64,000 bases of DNA from a virus (IMGVR_UViG_3300022916_000008:26857-90856); one strand, 5' to 3'. Shown: positions 1 to 8,567, counted from the first letter of the stretch. Notes: generated by a model not told the origin, from the sequence alone. Numbers and translations: made by a program.

Positions 1-745
1 TATATACTGCAGCTTCCTTGTCCCTTCCGTATGGATTGTCAGGACTACCTATAAAGTCTATATCGATAGGATTGATTACTTCATATACCAGATCATTTTG
101 ACGCATGCCTTTGTATGTGTTTATCTCTCCAGCAATTACCCAATGCTTCATACCTATCCTATTAAGCTTCTCTTGTACCCTTTCCTCTGATACAGCTATA
201 CGAAGTATCTTCTGGGCTTCTATGGCTCTCTTGTCAATATAGTCCATCTCGTACTTCAAAGCAAGGTCTTGTACGTTTTGTACTGGCTTACTCTCGACTC
301 CGGTATTTACTCCATTCTCATTTGCTAAGTTGATTAGATTCTGAGTAAGTGTCTTCTTTATCTCCTCTTCCATAGCAACAGTTCTTGCACTAACTGCATC
401 TGGGTTCTTTACCACTGCTTGATAGTTCCATGGACGCTTCTCCTTTTCATTGATAATAATGTTACCATTGGCTCGGATAATGTTCCATGGTTTGACATCA
501 TTTAGTGGAAGTGGATTAGTGGTACTCTTTGTACCAAATGGATCTTCAAATCCTGAGTAATGCCCATCAATCTTTTCTCCATTAAACACCTTGTACCATG
601 TAAGCAAGTCTTCTGTTGATGTACCATGTTTGAACTTGGACATTGTTAGATATGCTTCGAGTGTGTCTTTGTAGTGTTGGAAATCATTTGCTTTCTTTTT
701 AGCCAATGAAATCATTTGATCGGGTACTGAAGTTACTGTAATCAT
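1..745 (-). CDS. Portal protein, N-terminal part (runs off window start)
   Basis: Manually translated ORF from ATG at 745 (MITVTSVPDQMISLAKKKANDFQHYKD...NEKEKRPWNYQAVVKNPDAV...), open to position 1. Starts 1 nt after the TerL stop. Position and the 'E.KRP..Y.AV..NPDAV' pattern match crAss-like portals. Confidence 0.8.
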   Translation of the reverse strand, partial: MITVTSVPDQMISLAKKKANDFQHYKDTLEAYLTMSKFKHGTSTEDLLTWYKVFNGEKIDGHYSGFEDPFGTKSTTNPLPLNDVKPWNIIRANGNIIINEKEKRPWNYQAVVKNPDAVSARTVAMEEEIKKTLTQNLINLANENGVNTGVESKPVQNVQDLALKYEMDYIDKRAIEAQKILRIAVSEERVQEKLNRIGMKHWVIAGEINTYKGMRQNDLVYEVINPIDIDFIGSPDNPYGRDKEAAVY

Positions 746-746
746 G

Positions 747-2879
747 TTAGTACCATTTTGAATGTTGATAGAATTTCGCTACCCTGTCCCTATGAAAAAA
801 ATTATTCTCTTCTGTGCTATTATCTGTCATCGGAACAACATTAATTGTCTCACGAATGTAGTACATTAAAAGTAAAAATGCATCTACACGGTCAAAATTA
901 CCATCTCCATAAGCAATCAGTTCCTGTATAAGGGGCCTATCGTATATTGTATGTAGATTCTGGAATACACGTCCATTCTCGTCTTCTCCTCTTGATTCTA
1001 CTAACCAGTCAGCTAAATACTGCTCTCCTGTTATACGTACTGTATCATCTTTACCTGCTCCCATTTTCATACCATAACCTCTCCTTATACTTGGCCTGGC
1101 TATCTGTGTATTGTATTTGAATTCAAATTCTACTTGTAAGAATTGTAATTTCCTATGTCTTATTGCATAGTCACGTATACTCAATCCTTTGTCATTCTCA
1201 AAGGCTATCTTAGCATTGTAATACTCTGCTAACATGAATAGATTGTCAAGATATTTTTCAAGTGTTGCTGGACGACCTACATATGCTGCTGAGATAGTAT
1301 TCATTCTAAACTTAAAGTCTGCATTTACCTTTTTATATACCAGCGTTGCTCCAAGTGACGGTCCATGACTCTTATCATGATAGTAAGGGTCATTGGAAAG
1401 TAAATATAGTTTGGGACGGACTTCTCCATTTACCCTGTCTGGGCTATCATATATTACCACACAGCCCTCTTCTCCTTGTTTCTTATTATTAGGGAAACTT
1501 TCTATTGGGATGTCTTTTACGCTTTGCCTGAATGCAACTTTACCAGTTCCATCTCTATACAAATGCCCTGCTCTCCCATAGTGTAATTTATATGGATCTG
1601 TCTCTACATCGGCTAAGTGCTCAATAAGTTGCTCCATAGGAAAGATATTCTTGTTTATATTAAGCGTTGCTTCAGCAGGCGTGAAAGGATTTTCACTCTT
1701 ATAGCGTAATAATGTATGTCTTTCAGTAGAACTTTGTGCTATTCTTGCTCTCTCTTGTTCTTCATAAGCAGTAGCCTCTTCTATGTTAGAATTACCATCT
1801 GAGTCCATAAAACTCTCTGAATTGATATATGCTGGCCAAAAGAAAGCTGTATTACGATGTGATGCTCCTTTGTCCCATACATTTGGTATACCATATATAT
1901 TAAAGCCATCAGGATGACTGAATAGTTCTGTTAGTCCTGCATAATCGCTTCCTGTTTGCCCACCTGTTCCGCTTGCTAAAAGAAATCCAAAGACTTTACG
2001 CCCTCTTTGTACAGAGTTACGTAGTATCTGCCATTTCTCTAATAGGTTTGGATCTTTACCTGCCTCCTCAAGATAAATAAACTTACCCCTTATACCTCTT
2101 ACCTTGCCCGGATCATTTTTTGTAGTGATACCTTTTATCATAGATTGGAATCCACTCTCTACTTCTATCCCTCTTATAGTCTCTTTGAATGAGGCTCTTT
2201 TTTCCATAGCAGTACTGGTAAGTTGTCTGCGTTTAGCAAAGTCTGTGTGCTTATCAACAAAGTACATCATATCCCATGCTTTCTGTAGCACACCATCACC
2301 AAGTAAGAAGTCCTTATCGTCTGCTATAAGGAATGAGCGTGACTTAGGGATCAGGAAATAGTTGCGTGTTGGTTTGCTTGCATTCTTGAAACTTGACCCA
2401 ACTCCTCTCACTTTGAGAACAGTACCGAACTTGCCTCCCCTCTCTGCATCATCGATATACTTGTAATACCAGAAGTCACCATCCCAAAAGTTAGGGAAGC
2501 CCTCTACACGATCTGTTTTTATTAGGTCATAGTTCTTGTAAGATACTTCCCCTGATTCTTTGTCTACTATAATGTTTGTTTGATAGTCTTCTTCATCAGC
2601 ATCCTGGTTTTTACCCAAATGGAGAATAGGGCAGAAGTTCAAATACCAATAGTAGTAACCGGGTATGTATATCTTCTCACCATGAGGACCTATAGGGAAG
2701 TAATCGCCATAAAGTGACCTTTTCTCTTGTAAATCCCAGAAGTCCTCTCGTAGTGGATCTCCTTCGCTGTATGGACAGTATTTACCCTTATCCTCAAAGG
2801 CATGAGCTGCTTGCAATAAGCTCTTTGTATTCTTGAACTTAATCTTATACAAATCATCCCATGTTACTACTTTGGCCAT
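747..2879 (-). CDS. terL: Terminase large subunit
   Basis: Walker A-like KVRGVGSS, Walker B IYLEEAG, coupling motif SGTGG, and C-terminal RNase H-fold nuclease (DPY...GNFDRVDA); crAss-type. Confidence 0.93.
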   Translation of the reverse strand: MAKVVTWDDLYKIKFKNTKSLLQAAHAFEDKGKYCPYSEGDPLREDFWDLQEKRSLYGDYFPIGPHGEKIYIPGYYYWYLNFCPILHLGKNQDADEEDYQTNIIVDKESGEVSYKNYDLIKTDRVEGFPNFWDGDFWYYKYIDDAERGGKFGTVLKVRGVGSSFKNASKPTRNYFLIPKSRSFLIADDKDFLLGDGVLQKAWDMMYFVDKHTDFAKRRQLTSTAMEKRASFKETIRGIEVESGFQSMIKGITTKNDPGKVRGIRGKFIYLEEAGKDPNLLEKWQILRNSVQRGRKVFGFLLASGTGGQTGSDYAGLTELFSHPDGFNIYGIPNVWDKGASHRNTAFFWPAYINSESFMDSDGNSNIEEATAYEEQERARIAQSSTERHTLLRYKSENPFTPAEATLNINKNIFPMEQLIEHLADVETDPYKLHYGRAGHLYRDGTGKVAFRQSVKDIPIESFPNNKKQGEEGCVVIYDSPDRVNGEVRPKLYLLSNDPYYHDKSHGPSLGATLVYKKVNADFKFRMNTISAAYVGRPATLEKYLDNLFMLAEYYNAKIAFENDKGLSIRDYAIRHRKLQFLQVEFEFKYNTQIARPSIRRGYGMKMGAGKDDTVRITGEQYLADWLVESRGEDENGRVFQNLHTIYDRPLIQELIAYGDGNFDRVDAFLLLMYYIRETINVVPMTDNSTEENNFFHRDRVAKFYQHSKWY

Positions 2880-2886
2880 ACCTTTA

Positions 2887-3006
2887 TTATAATAGGTTGA
2901 TTAATTCCTTTAATTTAGTAGTTGCCAATTGAGCAATTTCCTTATCATTGTTATCGAGTAATAGTGACAATACTTTGATTGCTTCTATAATTTCTGTTGA
3001 GCTCAT
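2887..3006 (-). CDS. Small hypothetical protein (likely start MSSTEII)
   Basis: Short helical ORF packed between the 3017 gene and terL. Confidence 0.5.
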   Translation of the reverse strand: MSSTEIIEAIKVLSLLLDNNDKEIAQLATTKLKELINLL

Positions 3007-3016
3007 ATATTTTATA

Positions 3017-3412
3017 TTATATAGGTTTTTTATAATAAGGGTCATTAACTTCTGAATATTCATATGCTGCCCTTTTAAATATACAGTCAATACCCTCTGT
3101 CATATTTTCATACTCCTCCAATGTGCATTCTATAGAAATACTATGGGGTAAAGCATCTATTGGCACAAAATAATATTTCTTTTTACCGTATGGGATTTTT
3201 ATTATTGGCAGTTCATATGATTTTGTTTTAATCACAAGACCACTATATCTTTCTGGTACATGATCATTGCGAGGTATCTCATATAATTGTGGATTAGTCC
3301 CTGCTATTGGAGTAGCGTCATTAAATCTTTTTCTGAGTTGATGGAAAGACGTTACCACCCCATCATCTTTTCTTTTCTCGTCTAGTACACTTATTGTTCT
3401 CATGGTTTCCAT
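3017..3412 (-). CDS. Hypothetical protein
   Basis: ORF within the tightly packed minus-strand operon. Confidence 0.7.
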   Translation of the reverse strand: METMRTISVLDEKRKDDGVVTSFHQLRKRFNDATPIAGTNPQLYEIPRNDHVPERYSGLVIKTKSYELPIIKIPYGKKKYYFVPIDALPHSISIECTLEEYENMTEGIDCIFKRAAYEYSEVNDPYYKKPI

Positions 3413-3430
3413 TTTAGTTATACCTTTATA

Positions 3431-4090
3431 TTATATAGGTTCTTCTAAATCCTTCTGCTTGACTATTAATGAATCTTCTGCTCTCTCTCTTGGGCCTGCT
3501 GCGCCTCCCCCCCTGATCTTTGCTATCTGCTCCTCTCGCCTACGTGCTGATACTTGGTCTTGTAACTTCTTGACTGTATCAAGCTTGTCAGACAACTTAC
3601 CTGTCTTTGTCATCAACTCCTCTATGGAATCCGATACATTAGTTACATCTGGATAAGTATTCTTTGCTCTTTTGATTATCCCCTCCGCACCCTGACTAAT
3701 CCGTACAATCGATTTAGTAAGATTCTGAATAGACTTCTCTACAGCAAACAACATCTGCATCTCTGTGCATACATATCCCTGTAAGTCTTTATAACGGTCT
3801 CTGGCCTTGCGTATGCTGTTGTGAGGAACCCAATCCTTCTTAAGCCTATCTATCCCACAATGCCTTCTAGCATATTCAAGCTGTTTGTTCTCTGGTAGTT
3901 TTAATCCCCACATTGAGTAGTCTTCTAATAGGGCTATATACATCATTATAGCAACAGCTACCTTTTTATCCTTTCTAGTATCAGCATTGTATATACCCCT
4001 AAATTCTGTTACAGTAAGCGCCCAAATAGTGAAAATAAGCTCTCCGTCTTCATTCAATTCAAGTACTGGTAATGTGAAATCATACTTCAT
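3431..4090 (-). CDS. Conserved crAss-like pre-terminase protein (possible terminase small subunit)
   Basis: Pattern 'EFR.IY..D.RKDK..A...M.YI....DY' plus C-terminal coiled coil resembles the conserved gene upstream of terL in crAss-like phages. The TerS role is inference from position. Confidence 0.55.
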   Translation of the reverse strand: MKYDFTLPVLELNEDGELIFTIWALTVTEFRGIYNADTRKDKKVAVAIMMYIALLEDYSMWGLKLPENKQLEYARRHCGIDRLKKDWVPHNSIRKARDRYKDLQGYVCTEMQMLFAVEKSIQNLTKSIVRISQGAEGIIKRAKNTYPDVTNVSDSIEELMTKTGKLSDKLDTVKKLQDQVSARRREEQIAKIRGGGAAGPRERAEDSLIVKQKDLEEPI

Positions 4091-4370
4091 CGGTTCTATT
4101 GTTTTTCTTATCCAACCATTCCTTCTTTTTCTTGTCAAAATAAATTAACCCTATTCCGGGGATTGGAAACACCCTCCTATCCATTCTCTCCATATGCTCC
4201 TTTAACTGCCTCCAGTAGAATTCCATGATAACATCAATCTCTTTAACGCTTAGCTTCTTAAATACCTTTGGGAACTTCTCATGTTGCCTTAGTGTGTCAG
4301 CATGAACTCGTCTATGTGCCAACTTTTTGTCAAGAAGCTTATTATACTTTATAGCAGTACGTAGTCTCAT
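4080..4370 (-). CDS. HU/IHF-like DNA-binding protein
   Basis: Helix 'KEIDVIMEFYWRQLKEHM' followed by 'FPIPGIGLIYF' (HU-type x-x-G-x-G-x-F); basic protein. Confidence 0.55.
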   Translation of the reverse strand: MRLRTAIKYNKLLDKKLAHRRVHADTLRQHEKFPKVFKKLSVKEIDVIMEFYWRQLKEHMERMDRRVFPIPGIGLIYFDKKKKEWLDKKNNRTDEV

Positions 4371-4744
4371 GCCCTGGCTTTTGGCATTATCACTTTAGCA
4401 GAAAACTCTAGCTTATCGAAAGCATCTTTGCTAGTCATCTTACAAGTATCAACAAAGTAGTCCTTCAACTCTCCTTCTAATACGGATATAGCTGCTGTTT
4501 CTGGAATAAGGTAATAATGCATCTTCGTAGTCATATCTGTTATAGCCACTCCATGACTCATCATATGAGGATTAAGGACAATGGCATCCCCTGCCTTTAC
4601 AAAATTGCACTTAGCCCCTACAAGAACTACTCTCATATAATTCTCTAACTTGGCTAATGCGGCTTCATCAACAATGAGATCCGTTGCTTTGTGTAGTCTC
4701 TCAATAAGAATCCATCCTTCTGTTACTCTAATTTTCTTCTTCAT
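4367..4744 (-). CDS. groES: GroES/Cpn10-like co-chaperonin
   Basis: 'IRVTEGWILIE...VVLVG.....VKAGDAIV...YYLIPETAAISVLE' follows the GroES pattern. Confidence 0.75.
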   Translation of the reverse strand: MKKKIRVTEGWILIERLHKATDLIVDEAALAKLENYMRVVLVGAKCNFVKAGDAIVLNPHMMSHGVAITDMTTKMHYYLIPETAAISVLEGELKDYFVDTCKMTSKDAFDKLEFSAKVIMPKARA

Positions 4745-4896
4745 ATACTATTTAGTTTAAAAATATTGGTCTAAGCAATACAGGCTTCTTTACCATATCA
4801 TCCTTAAATATAATGAAATCAATGGAATCAACATAGGGTTGTAAATCCCCTCGCCCTGCCTGTGCAAGTAATACCTCATATCCTCTGTAATAACTC

Positions 4897-5046
4897 TTAA
4901 GCGTCATATGTTTCTTGATTTACTTCTATTCGTGCTTCAATATACCTCCGCAAGTCTTTACTCATATCAATCCCCTCCCGATCACACACATCTCTATATG
5001 CGTCCTTAACCTCTTGTTCTATTCTAATCGGTAACCTTACTTTCAT
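4897..5046 (-). CDS. Ribbon-helix-helix DNA-binding protein (49 aa)
   Basis: Manual translation MKVRLPIRIEQEVKDAYRDVCDREGIDMSKDLRRYIEARIEVNQETYDA: alternating beta-strand, helix, G-x-x-x-S turn, helix. Confidence 0.65.
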   Translation of the reverse strand: MKVRLPIRIEQEVKDAYRDVCDREGIDMSKDLRRYIEARIEVNQETYDA

Positions 5047-5159
5047 ACAATTCCATATTCCTTTTCAGGCTTTCAATCTTCTTATAAAGAGTGTCAAGCT
5101 CATCGTATAATCTCAATATGAGTTCGTCCTGCTCGTTCATTACTCCTGTATTCATACAA

Positions 5160-5192
5160 CAAACATACATATTCTGTGCACACATCTCCAAA
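5160..5192 (-). promoter_or_regulatory. Bacteroidota sigma70-type promoter for the leftward (packaging/structural) operon
   Basis: Minus strand reads TTTG-N21-TATGTTTG, matching the -33/-7 consensus TTTG / TAnnTTTG; first ATG at 5155. Confidence 0.7.
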
Positions 5193-5518
5193 TAAACTTA
5201 TATACCCCTATTGCATTTCTTGCACTTCCTGCACTAAAGCATAACCAATTACATTAATAAAAGATACATTCACCCCTTAGTATCCAGATAGGGTTCAATG
5301 TGTATTCACATCCTTGAATCAAACATTATCATAGTAAGGGCGTAGGCCCATATACAATACATTATTTTTTTATAACATATATTTTAATAAGAATAGGTGA
5401 GCGTGAGTAGTACCCAATAGCAACCCCCCCTTCGTCATTTGCTCCGCAAAGGGTCCCGCTGTTGTTGTTCCTTTTGCTTTGTATGTCAATAGCTTATAAA
5501 CCTTTTAAAGTATATATT

Positions 5519-5884
5519 ATGACTATTAAAATTAAAGTTAAGAAGTCTTATGATGAAGAAATTGCTAACGGTTACACTCCTATTGGTGAGGGTGGTGGAT
5601 TTTCACTACCTGATGATTGGAATGACTTGACTAAGCAATATGAAGTACGCATTATAGGCAACGAGCGCATGAAGCACAGCCCAGAGGGTGCTGAGTTTAA
5701 GTGGTGTATGTTGCTTATTGATGTTGAATATACTGATGATGATGAGGAAACTCATGTTGTTGGTGTTCGTGTGCCTAATAGCTATAAGTCATTAACTGTT
5801 GGTGATGTTATCAATGTAGGCTTACAAGCTTCGAGAGATGGTAACCGTATTTATGCATCAATAATTGATATGGTAGAAGCTTAA
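5519..5884 (+). CDS. First early gene; acidic, possibly OB-fold protein
   Basis: ATG at 5519 after an AT-rich leader; beta-rich C-terminus; has its own terminator. Confidence 0.65.
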   Translation: MTIKIKVKKSYDEEIANGYTPIGEGGGFSLPDDWNDLTKQYEVRIIGNERMKHSPEGAEFKWCMLLIDVEYTDDDEETHVVGVRVPNSYKSLTVGDVINVGLQASRDGNRIYASIIDMVEA

Positions 5885-5886
5885 AC

Positions 5887-5925
5887 AAGAGAGGGTGAGA
5901 GGGTAAAACCTCTTGCTCTTTTTTT
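5887..5925 (+). terminator. Rho-independent terminator
   Basis: AAGAGAGGGTGAGAGG-loop-CCTCTTGCTCTTTTTTT. Confidence 0.75.
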
Positions 5926-6179
5926 CCTTATGCCTAGAGGATTGGGCTGTGTGAGGGTGGGGTGTCTTCTTTCTTATTCTTTACTCTTACTATGGTTGAG
6001 TATTGGTGTTTATCTCTTATGGGATTTCTTCTTTTGTTTAAGTCTCTTATAGTACTGTTATTAGAGTTGTATTCAAAGTTGATGAAATGATTAGGGTTGA
6101 TTATTATCTATGGTGATATTACCTTTAGTGTGCCTCGGAAGCACATTAGATAGCTTAAATCAATTAAAAAAACTGAATT

Positions 6180-6557
6180 ATGAAAGTAACAAATGGAGTA
6201 TCTGAAAGAAGTGAATTAAGATTAGAGGCTATTGAATTAGTCCTAAAATGCAGACCAGTATTAACAGATAGTGACTTCTTAAGAGCTATGAGTAGGGCTA
6301 CTGATCTGTATCCAGCAACAATTCCAGTATCAACTGATAAAGATGGGATGGAGCCAGAAGAAGAGACTTTAATGCAAAGACTCTTTGGAAATGATGGTGC
6401 TAATGGTGTTGAATCAGCATTGGATAGATATGAAACAATTAAGGAAGTAATGGCATACAATCCTGTCCCTGTTTTATTGCGCTCTTTCTATTGCGATGCA
6501 TACACTACTACATCACAATCATGGGAATTGTTTAAGGCGGGATTCGAACTTAAATAA
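6180..6557 (+). CDS. Hypothetical protein
   Basis: ORF with AT-rich leader, co-oriented with the block. Confidence 0.7.
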   Translation: MKVTNGVSERSELRLEAIELVLKCRPVLTDSDFLRAMSRATDLYPATIPVSTDKDGMEPEEETLMQRLFGNDGANGVESALDRYETIKEVMAYNPVPVLLRSFYCDAYTTTSQSWELFKAGFELK

Positions 6558-6574
6558 AGAATTGTAATTGTAGA

Positions 6575-6720
6575 CCGAACGTTATTGCTAACGTTGCTAA
6601 AGTAAATAGCAAGGGATTTATAGAGAATACCATAGGTTATGCAGACCACTCTTAGTAAGGACATTCACCTAACTCTATTGGAACGAGGACAGCATTAAGT
6701 GTTGGTGAACTACTTACGAT
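6575..6720 (+). ncRNA. Putative structured RNA upstream of tRNA-like element 1
   Basis: Pairings AACGTTA/TAACGTT, TTGCTA/TAGCAA, GTAAG/CTTAC, TTCACC/GGTGAA, and alternative ATAGAG/CTCTAT, all in a non-coding gap. Confidence 0.4.
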
Positions 6721-6730
6721 GATAATGATT

Positions 6731-6927
6731 GAGGATATGGTGAAATGGTAGACACGCACTATCGGGTGTGAACGGATTGTCCAGAACTGGAATAAAGAGG
6801 TCAGGTAAACAGGTAGACCAGAACAGTCCGCAATTTAAATGTTGATGAAAATATTAACGATGGTCCTCTTCGGAGTGCTGACTAACATCAATTATAATTC
6901 GTACAGGTTCGAGTCCTGTTATCCTCA
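6731..6927 (+). ncRNA. tRNA-like RNA 1: Leu-type D arm, no anticodon loop, ~130-nt structured insert
   Basis: Acceptor GAGGATA(6731-37)/TATCCTC(6920-26)+A; D arm GTG-AAATGGTAGA-CAC; T arm ACAGG-TTCGAGT-CCTGT; stub CACT-ATCG-GGTG; insert helices CGGATTGT/ACAGTCCG, GTTGATG/CATCAAT, CTC-TTCG-GAG. Confidence 0.85.
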
Positions 6928-6948
6928 CTAACCTAAATAAAGACTGAT

Positions 6949-7365
6949 ATGTATACAGGAAGCGGATTGCCCGGAAGTTATGTTAATATCAAGCCATTAG
7001 ACAATAAGATTGTTTGTTATGGCTATAATTGTGAATGTACTATTCTTGCTGTTGTAAAAGTACAAGGTGAGACTGATTCATTTGGTGCAGAGTATTCTTA
7101 CTATTGCCATGATTGTCATGAATTGTGTAAGCAAGCTGATCAAGAGTTTCGTGAAGAACTGGATAATTGTGATTGGTGTAAGAAAGAAGCACAACTATCA
7201 CCAACTAGAGATTGGGAAGAAGGAATGAACGGACCTGTTTATTATGTTTGTAATGAATGTAATAGTAAACAGAACCGTGAAATGATGGAAGAGTATGAAA
7301 CCATGTGTAATGAATTAGATTTTCAATCAGCTATGGAAGTAGCACAAACATTAGAACAGTCATGA
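6949..7365 (+). CDS. Cys-rich zinc-finger protein
   Basis: CxC, CxxC, CxxC and CxxC motifs. Confidence 0.75.
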   Translation: MYTGSGLPGSYVNIKPLDNKIVCYGYNCECTILAVVKVQGETDSFGAEYSYYCHDCHELCKQADQEFREELDNCDWCKKEAQLSPTRDWEEGMNGPVYYVCNECNSKQNREMMEEYETMCNELDFQSAMEVAQTLEQS

Positions 7366-7574
7366 TGAAAGATAATTGGATGCTGTTTGTTATGGGTGGT
7401 ATATTAGCCGTCTCATTAACATTGTTTGTAATTGAGAATCTTGATTACAACACGCCTTGTTATATCCTTGATGAACCACAAGAGTTTGTTATGGATAGTA
7501 CTACTCATCATGTAGCATTTGCTATTAGTGAGTTAACAAAAGAAAGGAATTTATTAAAACCATTAAAAGACTGA
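7362..7574 (+). CDS. Small membrane protein
   Basis: N-terminal hydrophobic helix; ATGA overlap with the previous gene. Confidence 0.65.
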   Translation: MMKDNWMLFVMGGILAVSLTLFVIENLDYNTPCYILDEPQEFVMDSTTHHVAFAISELTKERNLLKPLKD

Positions 7575-7575
7575 T

Positions 7576-7950
7576 ATGAAAAAGTTATTGACTATTGTAT
7601 TGTTGTTAGTTGCTATGACAAGTTACAGCCAAGACGGAGTGATCCTAGACATCAAGGGTATGTGTAGCCTGGAAAGTGGGCAAACATCCTTTAGTGATTG
7701 GGAAGAGTTTAGTGGAAAGATCATGTGTAATGATGAAAAGATTACATTCTTCTTGAAAACAAAGATTATTATCTACGTTATCACTGTAGACCAAGTGTCT
7801 GAAATAAAATGGGAGATAGAAGCATTGGATCCTGACATAGGAACTGTGTATGTTGATATGTCTTATGATGAAGAAAAGGATACATGGTTTGTTACGATGA
7901 TGTATGATATGTTTAGTATCATGTATGCTTGTGACTTTGTAAATAGATAG
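7576..7950 (+). CDS. Secreted/periplasmic beta-rich protein
   Basis: Bacteroidota-type signal peptide MKKLLTIVLLLVAMTSYS|Q. Confidence 0.75.
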   Translation: MKKLLTIVLLLVAMTSYSQDGVILDIKGMCSLESGQTSFSDWEEFSGKIMCNDEKITFFLKTKIIIYVITVDQVSEIKWEIEALDPDIGTVYVDMSYDEEKDTWFVTMMYDMFSIMYACDFVNR

Positions 7951-7952
7951 CC

Positions 7953-8099
7953 ATGAATATATTTCCATTCTATAGTGACAGTAGGCATCCAGAGGAGCAT
8001 AAGAGAGGCACGAAGAAGAGTGTTCTTACTCCTAAGCAGAAGAAAGCACGTAAGAAAAACAAAGTGGCTAAGAAGTCACGTAAACAATCAAGAAAATGA
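7953..8099 (+). CDS. 48-aa highly basic peptide
   Basis: Manual translation ending ...KQKKARKKNKVAKKSRKQSRK. Confidence 0.55.
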   Translation: MNIFPFYSDSRHPEEHKRGTKKSVLTPKQKKARKKNKVAKKSRKQSRK

Positions 8100-8197
8100 G
8101 AAAAGCAATCTGTCCCAATTGTGGGCTAAATACATTTAATGGCATAGAGTGTACTAATTGTGCAATTGATTTGTCATTCGATCCTAATTGGGATTAA
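8096..8197 (+). CDS. 33-aa zinc-ribbon peptide
   Basis: MRKAICPNCGLNTFNGIECTNCAIDLSFDPNWD; ATGA overlap with the previous ORF. Confidence 0.55.
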   Translation: MRKAICPNCGLNTFNGIECTNCAIDLSFDPNWD

Positions 8198-8204
8198 TAA
8201 TATT

Positions 8205-8376
8205 GGGAATATGGTGGAATGGTAGACACGCTACATTAGTAGTTGAGCAAATAAGGTAGCTCCTTACAAACAGAGAACTTTGACATATAAAGAATGTACG
8301 GTCTTTGTGTTGATGAAAGTATCTGAAGACTATAGACAGTAGTTGCTCAGTTCAGGTTCGAATCCTGATATTCCTA
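8205..8376 (+). ncRNA. tRNA-like RNA 2: Leu-type D arm, no anticodon loop, ~105-nt variable-arm domain
   Basis: Acceptor GGGAATA(8205-11)/TATTCCT(8369-75)+A; D arm GTG-GAATGGTAGA-CAC; stub CTAC-ATTA-GTAG; TGAGCAA(8244-50)/TTGCTCA(8343-49) encloses TAAGG/CCTTA and GTCTT/AAGAC; T arm TCAGG-TTCGAAT-CCTGA. Confidence 0.85.
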
Positions 8377-8396
8377 CAAACTAAAAGATTGAACTA

Positions 8397-8567
8397 ATGA
8401 AAGCATTTGACGCATTTAAGAAAGATCTAAGAGAAGACAAAGAGTTCTTGGACAGATTGTACCAAGAATCAAAACAAAGGGCTGTGTATGGCTCTTATGA
8501 TGTTCTAGTGGTTAAGCCTAGTCATCTGTTGAGTAATATTACATTTGATAACCTAATAAGTGAATAA
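8397..8567 (+). CDS. 56-aa hypothetical protein
   Basis: Manual translation MKAFDAFKKDLREDKEFLDRLYQES... Confidence 0.55.
   Translation: MKAFDAFKKDLREDKEFLDRLYQESKQRAVYGSYDVLVVKPSHLLSNITFDNLISE

Noticed and set aside
6840-8320. Hammerhead ribozyme suggested by TTGATGA / GAAA
   Set aside because: The core should be CTGANGA-stem II-GAAA; here GAAA overlaps the motif and no three-stem junction can be built.
6731-8376. tmRNA or intron-containing tRNA-Leu interpretation of the long tRNA-like elements
   Set aside because: No G3-U70 pair, a full D stem is present and no evident tag ORF. The inserts are short, lie 3' of a closed stub rather than in an anticodon loop, and show no group I core that I could recognise. 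Not excluded without RT-PCR.
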